A stretch of DNA of 64,000 bases from a virus: IMG/VR virus record IMGVR_UViG_3300027659_000010; one strand, written 5' to 3'. Below the pieces are notes generated by a model. The model searched no databases. It was not told the DNA's origin and saw only the letters and a program-made list of their open reading frames with translations. Position numbers and translations under genes: made by a program. Of this stretch, positions 39,161 through 45,260 are shown in pieces. How positions within the stretch are numbered: position 1 is the first letter of the stretch; every line of letters begins with the position of its first letter.

Positions 39161-39736
39161 TTAAATCAAGGCTTCAGCTTGCAATACAGCCACTACATCT
39201 TCTGAAAGAGGTATCTCTGTTTTGATGTTAAGTTCTAACACCTCGTCATTGATCTTTTGTTTCTGTTTTTTCAGACTCAACACTTCTGCTTTGGCCTGTG
39301 CAATCTGTTCTAATCCCAGCACCCCTGTGGTCACTGTGTCACTGTAGCCGTAGATACGACTGCGAGTAGATTCGCTCTTGTCGTTGCGGATCTTGTCCAA
39401 CTTGCCTTTGATCACATCTAGTGCAGTGATCTCTGTGGCCTTGGCCAATTCTTCTAGCTGACCTATACGCTTATCTATAAAAGCTGCTTTGGCCAAAGCA
39501 GTGTCGATACCGCTGGCGCTGTTAGCTGTGCCTACTAGGGCACGGATATTGTACAGAGCCATGGTAAGCTTCTGACGGCGACCGTCATTTTCTACCAAGA
39601 CACTATTGGCTTTGGTGATAACGTCCTCGACTGATTGGAACTCATTGATCTCAACAGTGAGATCAATTTTGATGTTCTTAATTGCTTCTGTGATGCTGTT
39701 CTGCACAGCATTTGCTTTTCTCAGTGTGATATTCAT
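39161..39736 (-). CDS. hypothetical coiled-coil protein
   Basis: 191-aa helical ORF, AAGGA RBS, long structured leader. Confidence 0.75.
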   Translation of the reverse strand: MNITLRKANAVQNSITEAIKNIKIDLTVEINEFQSVEDVITKANSVLVENDGRRQKLTMALYNIRALVGTANSASGIDTALAKAAFIDKRIGQLEELAKATEITALDVIKGKLDKIRNDKSESTRSRIYGYSDTVTTGVLGLEQIAQAKAEVLSLKKQKQKINDEVLELNIKTEIPLSEDVVAVLQAEALI

Positions 39737-39744
39737 TTTTTTCC

Positions 39745-40022
39745 TTTTTCAAACAACAATGACGGATCGACGAAAGGTCAAGTAATAGACCGGACAATGG
39801 ACAATGAAGGGTTGTAATCTTCGTTGACAATGTGCAAATAACAATACACAGAGGTCCATATATTTCCGATTAACAAATGACATTCTATTAGAGATCGGAT
39901 CACATAAACACGTTCCAATTTTCAAGGTTGGATTGTAAGTTCGGATTAGGATTGTAGCCTAAACCTATTTGTCTATCCTCTTCTACCCTTCGCTTCACCG
40001 GTCACGTTATTTCTAACGCAAC
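39745..40022 (-). ncRNA. putative structured leader/ncRNA (about 280 nt)
   Basis: Nested complementary segments, local hairpins, repeated AUUGU; lies between a consensus promoter and the RBS. Confidence 0.6.
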
Positions 40023-40028
40023 AAAACA

Positions 40029-40057
40029 ATTATAACATGGTCTAGGGTGTTTGTCAA
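40029..40057 (-). promoter_or_regulatory. sigma70-type promoter
   Basis: TTGACA-17-TATAAT. Confidence 0.85.
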
Positions 40058-40073
40058 CACTTATTGGTAAAAT

Positions 40074-40147
40074 TGGTGCCCCGTGACAGAATCGAACTGC
40101 CAACCCCTGATTACAAAACAGGTGTTATACCACTTAACTAACAGGGC
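40074..40147 (-). tRNA. tRNA-Thr(TGT)
   Basis: Cloverleaf, loop TTTGTAA, CCA. Confidence 0.93.
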
Positions 40148-40164
40148 CTTATAGTATATATCTC

Positions 40165-40238
40165 TGGTGGAGGATGAGAGAATCGAACTCTCAATCTCGA
40201 CTTGCAAAGCCGATGTTATCCCATTTAACTAATCCCCC
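40165..40238 (-). tRNA. tRNA-Ala(TGC)
   Basis: Cloverleaf, G3:U70, loop TTTGCAA. Confidence 0.95.
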
Positions 40239-40244
40239 GGAATT

Positions 40245-40424
40245 TTATTGTTTGCCTGTGTCGGGCTTGCGACCTTTTTCACGTTTAGGTTGTATGGCTG
40301 CACATAGTTCAGCGTCAATCATAGCACGTTTCCACTGCCCCTTTTGATGTGCATCTTTGAACTTGCCTGTGGCTAAACTGATTTTTAGCAGCGAACTCAT
40401 TCTATAATTTGGACCTGGTTTCAT
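40245..40424 (-). CDS. small basic hypothetical protein (59 aa, not in ORF track)
   Basis: MKPGPNYRMSSLLKISLA...; AAGGA RBS. Confidence 0.6.
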   Translation of the reverse strand: MKPGPNYRMSSLLKISLATGKFKDAHQKGQWKRAMIDAELCAAIQPKREKGRKPDTGKQ

Positions 40425-40446
40425 ATATTTCCTTTTTAAAAAAAAT

Positions 40447-40536
40447 TGGCGGAAGACCGGGGACTCGAACCCCGAAGACGTTTTAAAGCGACCGACGGTT
40501 TAGCAAACCGCTCCAATACCATTATGGGAGTCTTCC
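40447..40536 (-). tRNA. tRNA-Ser(GCT)
   Basis: Long variable arm, loop TTGCTAA, G73. Confidence 0.92.
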
Positions 40537-40543
40537 GTATTAC

Positions 40544-40617
40544 TGGTACCTCGTGACAGAATCGAACTGCCGTATCCCACTTGTAAGGAGGGCATTCTAC
40601 CATTAAATTAACGAGGC
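40544..40617 (-). tRNA. tRNA-Val(TAC)
   Basis: Cloverleaf, loop CTTACAA. Confidence 0.93.
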
Positions 40618-40620
40618 ATA

Positions 40621-40789
40621 ACCATTAAAAAATAACATTACACCCTATGGGATGAGACGGATTTCTGAGTGGAGTTCGATTCTCCTCATCAGCCATTGTC
40701 CACGGTTGTTTCAGAAGAGTAAGATGGCCCTATTCTTCATAAGTCTATGCGTCCATAGACGATACCCGCTAATGCTATTTTTTAATGGT
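40621..40789 (-). ncRNA. putative structured spacer RNA closed by a 20-bp stem
   Basis: 20-bp inverted repeat (one G-U on the minus strand), internal hairpins and a potential pseudoknot. Confidence 0.55.
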
Positions 40790-40866
40790 GCCCCCAGCGA
40801 GACTCGAACTCGCACCCGAAGACTGGCTTCTAAGACCAGCGTGTCTACCAATTCCACCACAGGGGC
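40786..40866 (-). tRNA. tRNA-Leu(TAG)
   Basis: Cloverleaf, loop CTTAGAA, short variable arm. Confidence 0.93.
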
Positions 40867-40880
40867 CTAACACATCAACT

Positions 40881-40909
40881 ATTATACGACAATTTTAGAC
40901 TCTTGTCAA
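40881..40909 (-). promoter_or_regulatory. sigma70-type promoter inside the tRNA array
   Basis: TTGACA-17-TATAAT. Confidence 0.85.
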
Positions 40910-40917
40910 GAGTTTTT

Positions 40918-41001
40918 TGGTGCGAGTGGAGGGACTCGAACCCTCATGCCCTAAGACGGGAGATTTTAAATCTCCTGAGTATGCCATTTCTCCACACTCG
41001 C
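40918..41001 (-). tRNA. tRNA-Leu(TAA)
   Basis: Cloverleaf, loop TTTAAAA, variable arm. Confidence 0.93.
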
Positions 41002-41006
41002 ATTCT

Positions 41007-41082
41007 TGGTGCTGCCTCCCCGGATCGAACAGGGTTCCTCGGATTTTCAATCCGTTGCTATGACCACATCAGCTAAAGCAGC
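41007..41082 (-). tRNA. tRNA-Phe(GAA)
   Basis: Cloverleaf, loop TTGAAAA. Confidence 0.92.
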
Positions 41083-41490
41083 TTAGTCCACAGTAGTGTC
41101 AACTACCTCTACACTAACATCTTCGGAATAGTATCCATTACTGGAACCATACCATCGAACTGTTACACTACCTTTTCGTGTACGAAAACGATAGAATGTC
41201 CATGTGTATGATTCTTCGTATTCATTTAGTGGCCCAGCTTCATAGTTAGAAACTTCTTCAGCTTCTATTAATGGTGCTCCGACTAGGTCTTCAAGATCCC
41301 CACAGATGTCTTCTATGTAAACACTTTCACAACAGTTTTGATGATGTTGGAATCGTACATAGTTTGTCTTTGACAGATACAAAGTTAGTGTTTCGTCATC
41401 TGCTTCTGCCTTGTATAATGTTCGTCCTAGTAGTTCATCGAACTCTCGAACAGAACCTTTTAATGTGTTTAATGTTTTTATTTTTTCCAT
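41083..41490 (-). CDS. hypothetical phage protein
   Basis: HHQNCCESVYIEDI...WTFY...RWYGSSNGYYSE. Confidence 0.75.
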   Translation of the reverse strand: MEKIKTLNTLKGSVREFDELLGRTLYKAEADDETLTLYLSKTNYVRFQHHQNCCESVYIEDICGDLEDLVGAPLIEAEEVSNYEAGPLNEYEESYTWTFYRFRTRKGSVTVRWYGSSNGYYSEDVSVEVVDTTVD

Positions 41491-41500
41491 AATAATTCCT

Positions 41501-41575
41501 TGGGGAGAATGATGGGAATCGAACCCACGCGACGAGAATCACAATCTCGGATGCTACCATTACATCACAGACTCC
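41501..41575 (-). tRNA. tRNA-His(GTG)
   Basis: G-1:C73, loop TTGTGAT; two acceptor-stem mismatches. Confidence 0.88.
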
Positions 41576-41581
41576 ATTGAC

Positions 41582-41656
41582 TGGCACCACCGCCACGAGT
41601 CGAACGTGAACTTAAACTTTCGCAAAGTTTCGTGATATCCCTTTCACTACAGTGGT
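41582..41656 (-). tRNA. tRNA-Arg(GCG)
   Basis: ACCACTG/CGGTGGT acceptor; AAACT-TTGCGAA-AGTTT anticodon arm; CCA. Confidence 0.85.
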
Positions 41657-41815
41657 ATCTTTTTCCAACACATCCTTACGCATAAGAAACATTCTAGAAT
41701 TTTCAGGACGATGAACAACTAGATATTCAACGTCGTCTATTCTTTCTACATTGCGAATGTTCTCGCAGATAACTCGCTCGTTGTTTAGACGATTTCGAAA
41801 TATAATAGGTTTCAT
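41612..41815 (-). CDS. small hypothetical protein (67 aa); 3' end overlaps tRNA-Arg(GCG)
   Basis: AAGGAG RBS before MKPIIFRNRLNNERVIC. Confidence 0.6.
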   Translation of the reverse strand: MKPIIFRNRLNNERVICENIRNVERIDDVEYLVVHRPENSRMFLMRKDVLEKDTTVVKGISRNFAKV

Positions 41816-41832
41816 GCTGATCTCCTTTAATA

Positions 41833-41907
41833 TGGCCGGGCTTAGAGGAATCGAACCTCTACCTGCGGTTTCGAAGACCGTAATGATATCCATTTCACCA
41901 AAGCCCG
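41833..41907 (-). tRNA. tRNA-Arg(TCG)
   Basis: Cloverleaf, loop CTTCGAA. Confidence 0.92.
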
Positions 41908-41914
41908 ATAAAGT

Positions 41915-41988
41915 TGGCACGGGAACTAGGGCTCGAACCTAGAATGACAGAGTCAAAGTCTGTAGTGTTACCATTACACTATTCCCGA
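41915..41988 (-). tRNA. tRNA-Gln(TTG)
   Basis: Cloverleaf, loop CTTTGAC, unpaired 1:72. Confidence 0.92.
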
Positions 41989-41996
41989 ACAGAAAC

Positions 41997-42072
41997 TGGT
42001 CTCCCTACTAGGATTCGAACCTAGACCACACGGCCCCAAACCGCGGATGCAACCAGATAACACTTTAGAGAG
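41997..42072 (-). tRNA. tRNA-Pro(TGG)
   Basis: Cloverleaf, loop TTTGGGG; A at position 8. Confidence 0.9.
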
Positions 42073-42077
42073 ATAAT

Positions 42078-42152
42078 TGGTGGAGGACCAGGGTATCGAA
42101 CCCTTGTAGTCATGAGTCTTGCAAGGACCCACCGCCGTCCTCGGCTTCCCCC
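42078..42152 (-). tRNA. second, non-canonical tRNA-Ala(TGC)
   Basis: GGGGGA/TCCTCC-ACCA with G3:U70; D arm GCCG-AGGA-CGGC; 7-bp anticodon stem. Confidence 0.7.
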
Positions 42153-42158
42153 AAATTT

Positions 42159-42233
42159 TGGTGGTAATGGAAAGAGTCGAACTTTCACTGGGCACCGTAT
42201 GAAGGTGTTGCACTACCGTTATGCTACATTACC
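42159..42233 (-). tRNA. tRNA with CAT anticodon (elongator Met, or Ile2)
   Basis: Cloverleaf, G1:C72, loop TTCATAC. Confidence 0.88.
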
Positions 42234-42291
42234 ATATAGAAACACACTATGCCACGCTCTGAACCTGGACTCTTAGTAATGTGTTTTTATA

Positions 42292-42366
42292 TGGTAGGGG
42301 CACAGGGACTCGAACCCTGATAGACCGGTTAAAAGCCGGCTATTCTAGCCTTTGAATTATACCCCC
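42292..42366 (-). tRNA. tRNA-Lys(TTT)
   Basis: Cloverleaf, loop CTTTTAA. Confidence 0.93.
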
Positions 42367-42369
42367 ATA

Positions 42370-42444
42370 TGGTCCCTCCGGGCAGACTTGAACTGCCAAC
42401 CAGCGGATTAAGAGTCCGTTGCGCTACCATTGCGCCACGAAGGG
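42370..42444 (-). tRNA. tRNA-Lys(CTT)
   Basis: Cloverleaf, loop CTCTTAA. Confidence 0.93.
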
Positions 42445-42504
42445 ATGGATCGTAAATATTTTCTTTTACGTGCCATCCAGGACCATACGGGGTCTAGGAT
42501 GACA

Positions 42505-42525
42505 CTAGAGTTTACCTCGTTTCAT
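42505..42525 (-). CDS. putative regulatory mini-ORF MKRGKL
   Basis: GGAG RBS at 42532-42535; ATG AAA CGA GGT AAA CTC TAG; embedded in alternative helices. Confidence 0.45.
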   Translation of the reverse strand: MKRGKL

Positions 42526-42539
42526 GTCATTCTCCGTTG

Positions 42540-43997
42540 TTAATATTTCTGAGTACTTAACTTTTTATCTTTGTAAGATTGTATTTTTGGCAGTGCAACC
42601 GCAAGGTCACCCTGGCTGAATTTAGCAGTTTCATTTAGTCTGTTGATTAGACCACCGTCAATCCCTATCGATGCAAGAGCCCAACAGTTAAATGTAAAAC
42701 CATTTTCTTTCTTAAACAGCTCACGCCACATTTTTTCTTGTAGATCCGTTGCTTGATTTATATTCATAAACTTGTTTTGCCAATGTAATACTGTAGAAGC
42801 AACCTTAGCATCCTGGTCCTCGTTAGATCGTATGATCGCATCATCCATCACGGTATAACCATATTTTTTATAGTCTATACTAATTTTAGATTGTGTGTCA
42901 AACTCTCCCGCTGGTATTTCTAAAACAAATGGAAGAAATGATTGTCCTCGCCAGTTTTCTTTTAACCAGTCAATTGTTCTTTCTATTTGTTCTACAGTAT
43001 CCCCTGGTAGACCTATAATAAAACTTATATTTCCCCGGTACAATCCCCGGTTCATAAAATAGTTTTTACTATCTATCAATCCTGCTTTTATCCTGTCAGG
43101 GTCCATGCCCTTACCGATAACTTTAACTGACTCTTTGTTAAAACTTTCTATACCATAATGGTGACCAAGAAATCCTAATCTAGCTAATTCTTCTTTTTCT
43201 TCTTTTCTAGCTATCATTAAGTCTGCCCTAATAAACCCACTAAACCAAGGACGAAATGGCAATAGTTGTGTTACATCAGCAAATTTGGTTATTTTTTCTG
43301 TTCGATCATTAAATGTTTCGTCGGATACATAGTAGTTAGTAACTCCAAACCTATCATAGGCATCCATAACTTGTATGTAGTAATCTAATGCATCTCTGCT
43401 GTAATCTCCTTTTACACCTAGTACAGGAAAGTTACAAAATGCACATCTAAACTTACAGCCTCGAGCAAACTCAATTCCTAACCACTCGTCGGGACTAATG
43501 TAGTCCCGGTCTTGATACTTTACCATTAAACTTTTCATTGGAAACGAAGGATACATTTCATTTCCGTTGATTAACTTTTTATTGAAAATAGAAAACTTTG
43601 GAAGTTCTCCGTTGCTAAAAAGCCATTTTAGCAAAACTAACAAAGCGTTTTCGCCGAAACCTTGAATGTAATAATCTATACACTTTGATTTGAACTGTGG
43701 AGCAACTCCTGAGCCTGATATTAAAACAACCCCAGGATACTCAATCTTCAACCATTCTGTAAAGTTTTCTAATTCTACACTCCACACCGAAAACATGTGA
43801 CCAAATCCTATAAATTTTGTGTCTTTATCGATTCTTGATCTAGACAGTTCTTTTAACTCATCTAAAGTCCAATATAAAGTATAATCGATAACCTCAGAGT
43901 CCCAATCATGTTCTCTAAGATAGTGTGCTATTCTGTATACACCTAAATTCCTTCCTAACTGGTTAGTTGAAACATTGAATAATAAACATTTATGCAT
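42540..43997 (-). CDS. B12-binding-domain radical SAM protein (class B methyltransferase-like)
   Basis: EFARGCKFRCAFC, SDETFN, GIES, FIIGLPGDT; N-terminal cobalamin-binding-like domain. Confidence 0.85.
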   Translation of the reverse strand: MHKCLLFNVSTNQLGRNLGVYRIAHYLREHDWDSEVIDYTLYWTLDELKELSRSRIDKDTKFIGFGHMFSVWSVELENFTEWLKIEYPGVVLISGSGVAPQFKSKCIDYYIQGFGENALLVLLKWLFSNGELPKFSIFNKKLINGNEMYPSFPMKSLMVKYQDRDYISPDEWLGIEFARGCKFRCAFCNFPVLGVKGDYSRDALDYYIQVMDAYDRFGVTNYYVSDETFNDRTEKITKFADVTQLLPFRPWFSGFIRADLMIARKEEKEELARLGFLGHHYGIESFNKESVKVIGKGMDPDRIKAGLIDSKNYFMNRGLYRGNISFIIGLPGDTVEQIERTIDWLKENWRGQSFLPFVLEIPAGEFDTQSKISIDYKKYGYTVMDDAIIRSNEDQDAKVASTVLHWQNKFMNINQATDLQEKMWRELFKKENGFTFNCWALASIGIDGGLINRLNETAKFSQGDLAVALPKIQSYKDKKLSTQKY

Positions 43998-44036
43998 TGT
44001 TTATTTAAATGATTAGGCTACTGGAGTTTAATAAAA

Positions 44037-44093
44037 CAGGATAGCATCTTTTTTCATTAAAAGTGAAATTGGATTTTTGCTGTTGCTATACTA
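44037..44093 (-). ncRNA. putative mini-RNA presenting a tRNA-Lys(UUU)-like anticodon stem-loop
   Basis: Outer stem TAGTATAGCA/TGCTATCCTG enclosing TTTCA-CTTTTAA-TGAAA. Confidence 0.5.
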
Positions 44094-44097
44094 AACT

Positions 44098-44171
44098 TGG
44101 TTCCCAGAACAAGAATCGAACTTGTAATGACCGGTTATCAGCCGATTGTTATACCATTTAACTATCCGGGA
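44098..44171 (-). tRNA. tRNA-Ile(GAT)
   Basis: Cloverleaf, loop CTGATAA. Confidence 0.93.
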
Positions 44172-44175
44172 AAAT

Positions 44176-44265
44176 TGGTGGAAGCGGTGAGATTCGAACT
44201 CACGGACCCTTTCGAGCCGTCTGTTTTCAAGACAGGTGCAATAAACCGGACTCTGCCACACTTCC
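44176..44265 (-). tRNA. tRNA-Ser(TGA)
   Basis: Long variable arm, loop CTTGAAA. Confidence 0.93.
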
Positions 44266-44273
44266 ATAAACTT

Positions 44274-44354
44274 TGGTACCCCTGCCCGGACTCGAACCGG
44301 GATACATAACACTCCTTTTGAGAGAGCTGCCTTTACCAATTTGGCCACAGGGGC
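44274..44354 (-). tRNA. tRNA-Leu(CAA)
   Basis: Cloverleaf, loop CTCAAAA. Confidence 0.92.
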
Positions 44355-44360
44355 ATTACG

Positions 44361-44452
44361 TGGTACCAGCGGAGGGAATCGAACCCTCTCAAGAACGCTA
44401 ATCTGGCGCTAAAAGGTTTATAAAACCTCTCTGACTACCAAGTCTCGCTGGC
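44361..44452 (-). tRNA. non-canonical tRNA with TAT anticodon (Ile by anticodon)
   Basis: GCCAGCG/CGCTGGT-ACCA; D arm GACT-TGGT-AGTC; GAGAGGT-TTTATAA-ACCTTTT; long variable arm. Confidence 0.75.
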
Positions 44453-44457
44453 ATTAT

Positions 44458-44535
44458 TGGAAGTGCGGGTGAGATTTGAACTCACGGTTTTAGAGTTTTG
44501 CAGACTCTTGCATTGGACCTCTCTGCCACCGCACT
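44458..44535 (-). tRNA. tRNA-Cys(GCA)
   Basis: Cloverleaf, U73, loop CTGCAAA. Confidence 0.93.
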
Positions 44536-44541
44536 ATAGAT

Positions 44542-44615
44542 TGGCTACCCACCAGGGACTCGAACCCCGACGAACAGTTTTGGAGACTGTCATGCTGCCA
44601 TTACATCAGTGAGTA
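44542..44615 (-). tRNA. tRNA-Trp(CCA)
   Basis: Cloverleaf, loop CTCCAAA, G73. Confidence 0.93.
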
Positions 44616-44620
44616 ATTCT

Positions 44621-44694
44621 TGGAGCGGGTAGCGAGAATCGAACTCGCGAATAAACCTTGGCAAGGTTTCAGGTTACCATTACATCATACCCGC
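44621..44694 (-). tRNA. tRNA-Gly(GCC)
   Basis: Cloverleaf, loop TTGCCAA, U73. Confidence 0.93.
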
Positions 44695-44700
44695 ATTATA

Positions 44701-44775
44701 TGGTACACGGTACGAGAATCGAACTCGTCTTTCCGCCTTGAAAGGGCAGCGTCCTAACCGATAGACGAACCGTGC
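44701..44775 (-). tRNA. tRNA-Glu(TTC)
   Basis: Cloverleaf, loop CTTTCAA. Confidence 0.93.
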
Positions 44776-44782
44776 ATAATAT

Positions 44783-44858
44783 TGGCTCCCCAGCGTGGGA
44801 TCGAACCACGGACACCTTGATTAACAGTCAAGTGCAACTACCGCTGTGCTACTGGGGA
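44783..44858 (-). tRNA. tRNA-Asn(GTT)
   Basis: Cloverleaf, loop CTGTTAA. Confidence 0.93.
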
Positions 44859-44864
44859 ATAAAC

Positions 44865-44940
44865 TGGCGCCTCGTAGGGGAGTCGAACCCCTGTGTTCCG
44901 CTAGACAGGCGGGCATAATAGACCGTTATATGAACGAGGC
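44865..44940 (-). tRNA. tRNA-Asp(GTC)
   Basis: Cloverleaf, loop CTGTCTA, G73. Confidence 0.92.
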
Positions 44941-44946
44941 AAAACT

Positions 44947-45034
44947 TGGTGGGGACTGAAGGAATCGAACCTAACCGCCAGCCACTCTGCAATTAAGGCA
45001 AGAGATTTACAGTCTCCCGCAGAGAACAGCCCCC
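44947..45034 (-). tRNA. D-armless tRNA-Tyr(GTA)-like RNA
   Basis: GGGGGCT/AGTCCCC-ACCA; GGAGA-CTGTAAA-TCTCT; TTCGATT loop; no D hairpin. Confidence 0.7.
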
Positions 45035-45260
45035 AAATCGAAAACACTCTCCATCGACTATGTCAACCTGTCCTTTCGATACATGAAAGTAGGAGAGTGT
45101 GTATTAAAGTACTCTAAACTACTTAGGCTGCCTGTTCGTAAAGAATACTTTAATACGCTACCATTTTTTTATCCACATAAGGATAAGCCATCCGGTAGGC
45201 CGCCCATTCGCCCATTTTAAGTGCGGGCTAGGATCTCGTTTCCTATCACACTCTTCGAAC

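Noticed and set aside
40645-40700. Hammerhead-like CTGATGA...GAAA on the minus strand
   Set aside because: Extra ACTCA lies between stem II and GAAA, and stem III would be only 2 bp; GATGAG pairs better with CTCATC.
37999-44348. ORF-track entries overlapping tRNAs (e.g. 37999..38271, 38668..38877, 40652..40870, 41751..41942, 41974..42213, 44091..44348, 44097..44309; also 5134..5322)
   Set aside because: They are translations of tRNA genes or their antisense strands, with no RBS or protein motifs.
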